A DNA stretch of 64,000 bases from IMG/VR virus record IMGVR_UViG_3300030108_002488, positions 1-64,000 of that record; one strand, 5' to 3'. The notes below the pieces were generated by a model. The model searched no databases, was not told the origin of the DNA, and saw only the letters and a program-made list of their open reading frames with translations. The position numbers and the translations under genes are program-made. This DNA is from an uncultured virus (IMG/VR IMGVR_UViG_3300030108_002488) (Duplodnaviria; Heunggongvirae; Uroviricota; Caudoviricetes). Below, piece after piece: positions 10,069-18,168 of this stretch (positions within the stretch are counted from its first letter, which is position 1; every line of letters starts with the position of its first letter).

Positions 10069-10863
10069 TCAGTGAGGTATGTGTATATTTTTTAATTTAT
10101 TTATGTCAATATTAGTCTCTATACCACGTTTATGTGCCCAATCTACTAGATTTTCAGTGGATAAGTTACCTTTAGTATTAGGCATAAAAGGGCAACCTCC
10201 TAATCCGTGAATACTAGAGTCAAATTCTCTGACTCCTTTTTCATAGGCTATCTCGACTTTATCCAATAAATTTTCACCATGTAAATGCAAACTAATATTA
10301 TAATCTTTAACCAAATCTAAAATTTTGGCTAAGGTATTGATGTCAGCAGAACCTATTGTGTCACAAAGAACAATAGTGTCTCCTAATCGACTAGCCTGTT
10401 CTACAGCATTAATCACCATATCATCGCTCGGTACACCTAAATAAGGACAACCGAATATAGTAGAGATGTAAACTCTGACATTTTCTTTTGGAGTATCTTT
10501 TAGCATTTCTTTGAACTCTTCTATTATCTCTTCCATGTTTTTACCAAGGTTTCTTTGGTTAAACTCATTAGAGCAAGAGAAAAATATATTAACCTTCTTT
10601 ATACCAAGTTCTTTTGCTTTTTCAAAACCGTGTTTATTGGGTATTAAAACAGAGAATTCACAAGATAGTTCATTTAATTGTTGATACACTTTATCTGAAT
10701 CAGCCATGTTGGGTACTCTTTTAGGATGAACAAAAGCACCAAACTCTATGTGATTTATTCCAGCATCGTTTAATTGCCTAATTAAATCAACTCTTTCTTT
10801 TACTGATAGTTTGATAGAGTGACCCTGTAATCCATCTCTAGGCCCGACTTCGTGTATCAGCAT
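10069..10863 (-). CDS. hmgL: Hydroxymethylglutaryl-CoA lyase (DRE-TIM metallolyase)
   Basis: EVGPRDGLQ, FVHPKRVPNMAD, FGCPY, DTIG, LHLH, DSSIHGLGGCPF, GNLSTE motifs. Confidence 0.9.
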   Translation of the reverse strand: MLIHEVGPRDGLQGHSIKLSVKERVDLIRQLNDAGINHIEFGAFVHPKRVPNMADSDKVYQQLNELSCEFSVLIPNKHGFEKAKELGIKKVNIFFSCSNEFNQRNLGKNMEEIIEEFKEMLKDTPKENVRVYISTIFGCPYLGVPSDDMVINAVEQASRLGDTIVLCDTIGSADINTLAKILDLVKDYNISLHLHGENLLDKVEIAYEKGVREFDSSIHGLGGCPFMPNTKGNLSTENLVDWAHKRGIETNIDINKLKNIHIPH

Positions 10864-10992
10864 AGACAAGGAGGAAGGGAGTGAGAATATAAAATTTATA
10901 TTGTTAAGTTAATTAATTGTATAGTTTTAATTATTTATATTATTATACAAAATAGTATATTGTACATACTATTATACTTACAATCTTTACAA

Positions 10993-12750
10993 CTATATGA
11001 AAAATTCATGAGCGATATATGGCTCTTCTTCTTCTTCATCTTCTTCTTTTATCTTTCTCTCTAGCGCATTGGCTATTTTTTCATCTTGTTCATCCATAGG
11101 ACCACTTAGTAAATTTTGAAGTAATTCAATGTCTTCTTTCATCCCTTTTGCTATCCGTCTAAGTGTTCCTCTATCTTTGAAATGCCTCGCTCTGTTTTCA
11201 TGTTCAGATTCAACTGTTAATTTACCACCTTCAGTGTGGCTAATATCTTTACCTGAGTGGTCTCCATACATTCCCCTTCTTCTTCTTTCTCGATTCAACT
11301 CTTCTCTATACTTTACTCTTTCAGGGGTTGACTCGTATTTTTTATCATATTCTAGTTTATGTCTTTTAGCCTCAGGGGAAACTCTTTCTTTCAACAAACT
11401 AAACCAAGCCTTACTCATAGCATCTCCCTTTTCTAGTGTTTCATCCTCTTCTGCATTATAAACCCAAGCCCCACTCTCATCTTTCGACCACCCTGTTTTT
11501 TCACCCAATTTAGACCTTCTTCTAGCGTCTTTTATCGCTCTGTATTCTGCAAGACTTTTACTCTGTCTTTCTAATCTTATCTTATGTCTTCTTTCTCTTT
11601 CAGCAAGCATTTCATCACGTTTTCTTCGCCTTTCTTCGTGAGGAACATCGACTTCGTGTTTTTCTCTTAACTCTGCATGTCTTTTACGAGCCTTTTCAGA
11701 ATGACCAATACCTTGTTCTGCTAGGTAATCATCAATCTCAATACCATAATTATTCAACCAATCAATAAATCTTTGTGATGGTCTATTAGATAAAGGGGTA
11801 TCAGGGTGTCTTCTATTGTATTCGACTGACCTCGGCACATCAAAATTTTTGTTATATCTACCTGTTTCAGGGTTTTTCCCTGCATGCATTAAATCATCTC
11901 TTTTTCCAGCCTCATTAAGACGACTCATATGTCGAGGGTGTAAACCTAAAGCCCATTGTCTATTCATTTCTTGTTTGTAAGGGTGATTATTATACCACTC
12001 ATTGTGGGCTTTCCACTCAGGGCTACTAGGACCAGCGAGACTATAATTACTAGCAGTATTATATTGATTTGTGAAAAAATTTCTCATATAGTATCTTTCG
12101 GCATTTACAGCAGAATTAGCGTCTGTTATGGGATTTCTAGCACCTCCACGAAATAAACTTTCACGACTATCGTATTTTTCTGTTACACCTTCAGGTGTAA
12201 CATAAGTAATATCTTTAGGAGGCGGGTTTAAAAGTGCTTGAGCCAATTCAGGAGTGTCTTCACCATACATATCGTATTTCATTATAGAATTTTTAAGCAA
12301 CTGCGTAGCGATGTCCATTGGTTCACTTTTATTCGTCAATATACCTATTGCCTTTTGATAACGCCTTGCTAAACTTTCATTCGGGTTGTTCTTTAAATTA
12401 GAATGTAAATCGGCCAATTTAACTTGTGTTGCTTCAGGATGCTCCTTTACTCTGTTAATGTAATCAAAGTATTGTTCACCTTGTCTTCTTGTGAGAGCAT
12501 CAACTGCATGACCCACATCTTCTCCGAAACGCTCATGAATTTCTCCAATACCCGTTTCTGAATCTTCTACTGTATCATGAAGATACGCAATACGTTGAAG
12601 ATGAGGGTCATCAAATCCACTTGCTACATCTTCCACATGAGTCATGTAAGGTTGTTCACCATACATCTGTCCTTCATGAATTTGAGTTGCGTAGTCCTTT
12701 GCTTCTTGGGGCATCTTCAGCAACCGCATAGCGATGTCCATTGGTTTCAT
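10993..12750 (-). CDS. Modular protein: SpoT/Mesh1-like HD hydrolase domain, unknown (possibly ART-like) domain, HNH-like domain
   Basis: HD domain HEGQMYGEQPYMTH...YLHDTVED...VKLADLHSN; middle LFRG...FFT...ASNYS; C-terminal GKDISH...ENRAR. ATG at 12750 overlaps the upstream stop. Confidence 0.7.
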   Translation of the reverse strand: MKPMDIAMRLLKMPQEAKDYATQIHEGQMYGEQPYMTHVEDVASGFDDPHLQRIAYLHDTVEDSETGIGEIHERFGEDVGHAVDALTRRQGEQYFDYINRVKEHPEATQVKLADLHSNLKNNPNESLARRYQKAIGILTNKSEPMDIATQLLKNSIMKYDMYGEDTPELAQALLNPPPKDITYVTPEGVTEKYDSRESLFRGGARNPITDANSAVNAERYYMRNFFTNQYNTASNYSLAGPSSPEWKAHNEWYNNHPYKQEMNRQWALGLHPRHMSRLNEAGKRDDLMHAGKNPETGRYNKNFDVPRSVEYNRRHPDTPLSNRPSQRFIDWLNNYGIEIDDYLAEQGIGHSEKARKRHAELREKHEVDVPHEERRRKRDEMLAERERRHKIRLERQSKSLAEYRAIKDARRRSKLGEKTGWSKDESGAWVYNAEEDETLEKGDAMSKAWFSLLKERVSPEAKRHKLEYDKKYESTPERVKYREELNRERRRRGMYGDHSGKDISHTEGGKLTVESEHENRARHFKDRGTLRRIAKGMKEDIELLQNLLSGPMDEQDEKIANALERKIKEEDEEEEEPYIAHEFFI

Positions 12751-12968
12751 TCTTTCCCCGCCCATGCATCACATACGTGGTCAGCACGACAAATAAAATC
12801 GTACCACTCACAATATCCTGTCATAGGGTCGTCAGTTTTTGACGAATCCCATGCTTTACAATTACCACATTTTTTCCGTCCAGTGGCTTTTCTATAGTTA
12901 GGAGCATCTTCTTTACCCTTTAGTAAAGCCCAAGCCTTAACTATAGATGCGTGACTCAACAATTCCAC
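12747..12968 (-). CDS. Small 4-Cys HiPIP-like protein with N-terminal tag
   Basis: APNYR...KCGNCKAW...GYC...VCDAW; preceded by KAWALLK. Confidence 0.5.
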   Translation of the reverse strand: MELLSHASIVKAWALLKGKEDAPNYRKATGRKKCGNCKAWDSSKTDDPMTGYCEWYDFICRADHVCDAWAGKE

Positions 12969-13534
12969 CTCTTAAGTGCCGCACCTTTAGGTGTTAATTT
13001 TCCTTTTTTACTAGTAGGTCCCTTAACACCCGTCATTCTAGCGCAAAATGATTTTCTACGTTTTGCTTTTTTTGAGCCCGGTTTTAATTTACTAGGTTTG
13101 GTAGTAACTGGTGGTTTTAGATTAGCACCAGTTTCTCTTTTTGCTTTCGCTCTACCTTTAGCACTTAATCCACCTTTACGATGATGTTTACTTGGGTTAT
13201 ACCCGTGAAAAGGTTTTGACTTCTTTTTTGCTTTCAATAATTCCCAAGCCGCCTCGAATGCATCTGATTTTTCTACTCTTTGATACATTGGTTTCACACC
13301 CTTTCCTCTTGGTACATGTTGCTTTCCTTTTTTGTGCCCTTCTCTTTTCTTTTTATTTTCACTCGCTTTTTGCGAGGCAGTCATACTATCTGCGACTGAT
13401 TTAGGAGCGTATCGACCTCTTTGTGAACGAGGTTTTTTCATTTCTTTTTTGTCGTCTCCAACAAATTCCCATTTTTGTTTAGTCCACTCTGTTAAAGATT
13501 GTTGGTCTTTACTCTTAGTCACGATACCCTCCAC
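12956..13534 (-). CDS. Basic two-module protein (modules typical of marine phages)
   Basis: SLTEWTKQKW...GRYAPK module and GGLSAKGR...RRKSFCARM...RWNC module, separated by DAFEAAWELLK. Confidence 0.65.
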   Translation of the reverse strand: MEGIVTKSKDQQSLTEWTKQKWEFVGDDKKEMKKPRSQRGRYAPKSVADSMTASQKASENKKKREGHKKGKQHVPRGKGVKPMYQRVEKSDAFEAAWELLKAKKKSKPFHGYNPSKHHRKGGLSAKGRAKAKRETGANLKPPVTTKPSKLKPGSKKAKRRKSFCARMTGVKGPTSKKGKLTPKGAALKRWNC

Positions 13535-14033
13535 CTTTCTTTTTGTATCTCATAGCAAGTAATTGTGCTTTTCGAGCAGACCATTGACCCGGCTTACCAC
13601 CTTTACTACCTGCTTTTATCCTGTTGAATAATCTTTTACGCATTCCCGGTTTTGTGTAATTACCAGCGGCGTTTACTTTTTTACTCAAAAGTTCCCTATT
13701 TTTTTCTTTTAATTCATTCCACGCTTTGTTCATAGCATCGTTATCGTACATATTTATCACATCTTCACTTTTTTGAGTGCCCCCACGAATACCAGCATTT
13801 AACATGCCTCTTGCTCTATCTTCTCTACTTTGAGTTCTTTGTTGAGCCATGGCTTGTTGTTGTTGAGCCATTTGTGCTGCTGCTTTCGCATTTTGAAGTT
13901 TAGTATTTTTTTCTTTATCATCAGAGCCTACAACTTTATCCGCTACTGCTTTAGCGCCTATTGCTGTGAGTACTTTTTTCGCAAACGGTGCTAGTGCTGG
14001 CATTTTTATTACTAAAACATCAGACTCAGGCAC
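13515..14033 (-). CDS. Basic protein with C-terminal 'KGGKPGQWSARKAQ' module (recalled as DUF5872-like)
   Basis: NYTKPGMRKRLFNRIKAGSKGGKPGQWSARKAQLL...GGGY, preceded by AMNKAWNELK. Confidence 0.65.
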   Translation of the reverse strand: MPESDVLVIKMPALAPFAKKVLTAIGAKAVADKVVGSDDKEKNTKLQNAKAAAQMAQQQQAMAQQRTQSREDRARGMLNAGIRGGTQKSEDVINMYDNDAMNKAWNELKEKNRELLSKKVNAAGNYTKPGMRKRLFNRIKAGSKGGKPGQWSARKAQLLAMRYKKKGGGYRD

Positions 14034-14046
14034 ATCAACTCACCTA

Positions 14047-14607
14047 TCATTCGGCATCTTTTTCCTCTTCTTCAATCATATCCCTTCTTTGGGCTTGAGG
14101 CATTGGTTTATTGACTTTAACAGGTTTTGCGAATCCCATGGTTTCTCCCATTGACATTTCTCTCTCAGGGTTGTATCCTCTGTCTGTTGAAGAATAGAAA
14201 GGCATTGGTGGTGCTCTAACTTCTTCTTCTTTTGGGAAATGATGGTCTATTATTTTTTGTGCTAATTCCGCTGGTAAATCAGCAAGGTCGCTTAATCTAA
14301 GATTAGCACCCATGTTTGGTAAATCTCCTAATGTTCCTCTATTATCGCTCATAGATTCTTCGGATGGTGCTGAATCATGCACAAAATTTCCTTGTTCATC
14401 TATTGGTGCTTTTAGTACAAGCCATGCGGAATCAAACGCACTCATCATGTGTGCCCCATCGCTTTTATTCATATAGTATTTTCTTATTGGTTTACCTTTT
14501 CTTTCGGGTAATTTTTTATTTTTAGGAGTCTTTTTTTCAAACCTACGAGCCATTTTTGGGTCTTTTGCGTACATAAATCTACGTTGGGCCTGACTTTCAA
14601 ATGGCAT
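14047..14607 (-). CDS. Modular hypothetical protein
   Basis: N-terminal MPFESQAQRRFMYAK module common in phages; internal SAFDSAWLVLK tag. Confidence 0.6.
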   Translation of the reverse strand: MPFESQAQRRFMYAKDPKMARRFEKKTPKNKKLPERKGKPIRKYYMNKSDGAHMMSAFDSAWLVLKAPIDEQGNFVHDSAPSEESMSDNRGTLGDLPNMGANLRLSDLADLPAELAQKIIDHHFPKEEEVRAPPMPFYSSTDRGYNPEREMSMGETMGFAKPVKVNKPMPQAQRRDMIEEEEKDAE

Positions 14608-14611
14608 TACA

Positions 14612-14974
14612 TCACCTAAACATTTTTTTCATGGCTTTAGTCTTCTTTTTCTGCTGCTCAATAAAGTTACGATAAATACTGGCTTCAGAAGTTTTACCCA
14701 TCTCTCTTGCTCTTTGTTCCATGGCGATTGCTGCTTGGGTTTTATGAGCATGAGAACGACTACTGTTTTTAATTTTAGATACCGATTGCCTCGCCTTTGC
14801 TGGATTTTTGAAACCTAATCCGTGTATAGTCCCCTTAGGATTCTCATCTGTATATAAATCAGAATGTTTTTTTGAGCCCGCTGGCTGTCCCTTTTTTCTA
14901 GGTATTCTAGGGGCTTTATTAACATCAGAAGTAGTTCTTTTTAGTACCTCCATGGCTTTTTGCATAGGAGTCAT
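14612..14974 (-). CDS. Basic hypothetical protein
   Basis: KHSDLYTDENPKGTIHGLGFK module after the N-terminal PMQKAMEVLK tag. Confidence 0.6.
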   Translation of the reverse strand: MTPMQKAMEVLKRTTSDVNKAPRIPRKKGQPAGSKKHSDLYTDENPKGTIHGLGFKNPAKARQSVSKIKNSSRSHAHKTQAAIAMEQRAREMGKTSEASIYRNFIEQQKKKTKAMKKMFR

Positions 14975-15005
14975 GTGTGCGCTAAAAAGTGTTAGTTTAA
15001 AATAT

Positions 15006-15215
15006 TTAAGTAGATTTCTTTTTTACTCTCTTAACAAACAAAGTAATTAAACTCACCCAAAACAAAACCTCTATAGCAATTAAAACACCCGCCACTATGG
15101 GCCCAAATTTGAAAATATCCCCGTTTAAACAACCCTTGACTTGCTCACACGCATCTGCCATTCTAGGACCATCAATCTGAGGAAAATTATTTACGTCCAT
15201 CTTTAACCAATCCAT
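15006..15215 (-). CDS. Small single-TM protein
   Basis: Hydrophobic stretch followed by a basic tail (KRVKKK). Confidence 0.55.
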   Translation of the reverse strand: MDWLKMDVNNFPQIDGPRMADACEQVKGCLNGDIFKFGPIVAGVLIAIEVLFWVSLITLFVKRVKKKST

Positions 15216-15468
15216 TAAGACGTGCTATTTGACACCCATATCGTATCTTAGTAGTTGAGTCTAAATCCCAAAAAGTGATGTTAGATTTATTTTTATCATT
15301 CATAGAATCTATGTAAGCACATAGTTCTCTACGTGACATTTTTTGAAAATCTTCATCAATGTCCATACCTAATATATTACCGTCATTCGGATAAGATACA
15401 AATTGTTCTATAAATACATAGACCCATCCCATGAGTCTAAGAAATGTTCTAATTATTCCTCCTAACAT
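15187..15468 (-). CDS. Hypothetical protein
   Basis: 93 aa ORF with hydrophobic N-terminus. Confidence 0.5.
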   Translation of the reverse strand: MLGGIIRTFLRLMGWVYVFIEQFVSYPNDGNILGMDIDEDFQKMSRRELCAYIDSMNDKNKSNITFWDLDSTTKIRYGCQIARLNGLVKDGRK

Positions 15469-15625
15469 TCCTCAGTCCCCCTTTAAAATCTTGATTCAGT
15501 TGTTCTATCTCTGTTTCAGTGAATGATAAATCATCAAGGTCAAATGTAATTGCCTGATAGAGTACATACCATGCTACTAAAAGTAGAGTTATTGCTATTG
15601 CTCCCGCTATAAATAGTGTTGACAT
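15449..15625 (-). CDS. Small single-TM protein (below ORF-track cutoff)
   Basis: Manual translation MSTLFIAGAIAITLLLVAWYVLYQAITFDLDD..., 58 aa. Confidence 0.5.
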   Translation of the reverse strand: MSTLFIAGAIAITLLLVAWYVLYQAITFDLDDLSFTETEIEQLNQDFKGGLRNVRRNN

Positions 15626-15671
15626 GTAGGTCGCATGTCAGTGTAGAAAATAAATTAGTAGGTAACTTTGC

Positions 15672-16439
15672 TCACACTTGACGCATTGTTACATCAGAAA
15701 AATCTCTTCCTCTTATCTGTTCTAACAACCCTCTTGTAATAACGGGGTCTCTAGTATTTCTCAGTATATTTTCTATATAAACATCTCTTGTGGCGTATCT
15801 CGGATGTAAATCCATTCTAGCATTTAAAGCGAATAAATGGTCGTCAGTTGAATTATTTAATGAATCTTCAAGACTGAATCTTCGAGGTTGTTGGTCTCCT
15901 CCGTATTGGTCTCCTGCATAATTTACAATAGGAGCCTGTGCGCTTCTTTCATCTGTAGGGTAAACCGGTTTGACCATAGGTGCCACCGGGTCTTTTACGT
16001 AAGTTGGGAAGCCCATTGGCTCGGGTTTAGGAGGAGGACTTGTGATGTCAACACCATATTGTCTCATGAAGTCTACAAAATCAGGGTCATCTTCAGGACG
16101 AGTTGTCGCTTCTCTGTATCCTGCTGGATTAGTAAAAGTTTGCATTCTTCTAGGGTTGTATGTTTGACTGAATCTATCTAGTAACATTTGATGTTCAGGA
16201 TTAATATCTCCTGTGCCTGTTTGACCACTTGGAACATTGAGCGCTTTTAGAAAATCAAAAGCCTTGTTCATAGGACCCATGTTGTGCATACTACCTAAAA
16301 TTTTAGCATGCGCCTCTTCTTTTGACATTCCTGAACGAACCAAAAAATTAGTAGCGGCCTCAGGACCTTGTGTTTCTAAAATGCCTTTGAATCCCTCTTG
16401 TTTGAATAAACCCCAAGCCTGACCGAAAGCATCGCTCAT
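15672..16439 (-). CDS. Hypothetical protein with two tag motifs
   Basis: MSDAFGQAWGLFK and GPMNKAFDFLK. Confidence 0.6.
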   Translation of the reverse strand: MSDAFGQAWGLFKQEGFKGILETQGPEAATNFLVRSGMSKEEAHAKILGSMHNMGPMNKAFDFLKALNVPSGQTGTGDINPEHQMLLDRFSQTYNPRRMQTFTNPAGYREATTRPEDDPDFVDFMRQYGVDITSPPPKPEPMGFPTYVKDPVAPMVKPVYPTDERSAQAPIVNYAGDQYGGDQQPRRFSLEDSLNNSTDDHLFALNARMDLHPRYATRDVYIENILRNTRDPVITRGLLEQIRGRDFSDVTMRQV

Positions 16440-16614
16440 ACGTTTGCGATAGTTTACTTATTCATAATCTTTTTCAAAAACCTCAGAAGGAGGTGCTTTC
16501 GAGGGTCTAATACTGACAATTGTTCTACTTGAGGACGATTTAAATGTTAATCCATAGACAAATGACCAAAAAAACAACGACAAACTGAGCATTTGTTCAT
16601 ATGTCATGAATGTA

Positions 16615-17091
16615 TCATTGATTTGCGTAGTTACTTCTCATACCACGTTGATAAGGACTTCCTTGCTCTTGCATAGTTTCTTTGAATGTTTGCCTTCTAC
16701 CTTCAGGACTTTGTCTGAATGCCATTTCCCTCTGTCTTTGCATATCTCTTATGGCCTCTTCTATCGGTGTCATGTCAACATTATCTTGCATTGTCATAGG
16801 CTTTGCCTCGCCTTGTGACATAAATTTTCTATTGACATCAGGTTGGACGTATACTTCAGGATGAGTTGTAAATGATTCTGCTAATGATTCATCAGGACTA
16901 ACTGGTCCAGTGGTAGCCATTGGTGGTGCTTCCCTTGGTCTGTCTTCTCTTTCTGATGCTCGTGGGCTTCCAAAAAATCCTCTTGGTCCCGGTCCATGGC
17001 TAAACGAAGTTCTAGTTTGACTTTCACCAACAGGAGACATTCTAGCGGCTGCTTTAACAACATCCCATGCGCTATCGAATGCACTGACCAT
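16615..17091 (-). CDS. Hypothetical protein with N-terminal tag
   Basis: MVSAFDSAWDVVKA; first gene of the leftward block. Confidence 0.6.
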   Translation of the reverse strand: MVSAFDSAWDVVKAAARMSPVGESQTRTSFSHGPGPRGFFGSPRASEREDRPREAPPMATTGPVSPDESLAESFTTHPEVYVQPDVNRKFMSQGEAKPMTMQDNVDMTPIEEAIRDMQRQREMAFRQSPEGRRQTFKETMQEQGSPYQRGMRSNYANQ

Positions 17092-17206
17092 AACTAGCGG
17101 AAGTAGATGGACATGATAAAATTTTTCTAAAAATTTTTTATAAAAATCAAGGTCACATTTGGAGGCTCAGTCAAAATTTGCCGGAAATCTGTGCGTGACT
17201 AAAGGA

Positions 17207-17274
17207 GCGGAACTTGATGCGGAACTACCTATGCCTCCGCCTAAGGGTGCGGAACTAGGGTGCGGAACTAGGGT
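17207..17274. repeat. Four GCGGAACT copies, including a 13-bp tandem repeat (AGGGTGCGGAACT x2 plus AGGGT)
   Basis: Copies start at 17207, 17219, 17249 and 17262 in the non-coding divergence zone. Confidence 0.85.
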
Positions 17275-17616
17275 ACTACGTGTATGTGTAGCGCAACGCT
17301 GCCTTGCAGCGTGCCGCTACGGTGTAAACTTTAACAACGTGTTAGCATTACGCTCATACGTGATGTGGTGCATTCCCGTTAATGTGTTTTCCATAACTTT
17401 TGTATATCCGTGGGCATAAATTATACCAAACCACAGGCATCACATCACACTCATTATCTTTAACGAGCATTACGCTACATATATTGTGTGAGCATGATGC
17501 TTTTTGCCAAGCCTTCAACCCTTGTTCCCACCCATACGGAGGGGGTCTTATGCCCCCTCTGCTTTAGTACGGAACATACACTGCGGAACATAGTATGAGA
17601 ATATCGATTTTGAGCA

Positions 17617-17639
17617 TTCAGTATATAAAGAAACACTAT
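17617..17639 (+). promoter_or_regulatory. Conserved early promoter motif, copy 1
   Basis: TTCAGTATATAAAGAAACACTAT; ATG at 17663. Confidence 0.75.
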
Positions 17640-17662
17640 AGTTAGTATTGAGGTTGAAGAAA

Positions 17663-18091
17663 ATGGCTAATAAAAGTAATGATAACGGCAATAAGAACGA
17701 ACAACAATGGTTTGCATACTGTGCAAGAAGAAATGAGGTAATAGGTAGTACTGGGTCAGGCACTAAAGTGAAAGTACTTCATACAGAATGGGATGCTGCT
17801 AAAGTAGTATTAAGAGCACAAGTAGGAAGTGATTGGCACGTAGGTGCCCCTAAAGGTAGAGCAGCAAGAATGGCTTTATTCACAGCAGAGCAAGCAAAAT
17901 TTGATAAGCCTTTAATCGGACAATTCAGTTCCCTTAAAGTTGCTTCACAAAAGAAAAACTTGGGTGCTCATGTAACTGTAGAAAAAACAGTTACTACAAG
18001 TAAGAAAACAAAAGCAACAAAAGTTGATGCTACACCTACAATTGAGGAATTAATGGCTATGATTGTAGCACTACAAGCAAAACAAGATTAA
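17663..18091 (+). CDS. First rightward (early) hypothetical protein
   Basis: ATG at 17663 after a GAGGTTGA RBS, flanked by the promoter motif and a terminator. Confidence 0.65.
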   Translation: MANKSNDNGNKNEQQWFAYCARRNEVIGSTGSGTKVKVLHTEWDAAKVVLRAQVGSDWHVGAPKGRAARMALFTAEQAKFDKPLIGQFSSLKVASQKKNLGAHVTVEKTVTTSKKTKATKVDATPTIEELMAMIVALQAKQD

Positions 18092-18130
18092 GTCTGTTCT
18101 TTGTGATATAATACGGTAAACCGTCCACTT

Positions 18131-18168
18131 GCCCTCGGGGTGCTACGGCATCTCGGGGGCTTTTTTTT
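18131..18168 (+). terminator. Hairpin plus T8 terminator
   Basis: GCCCTCGGGGTGC-TACG-GCATCTCGGGGGC (13-bp stem with G:U pairs, UACG loop) followed by TTTTTTTT. Confidence 0.75.

Noticed and set aside
17159..17419. 86-aa plus-strand ORF in the divergence zone
   Set aside because: TTG start, no RBS, and the translation simply reads through the DNA repeats; probably non-coding
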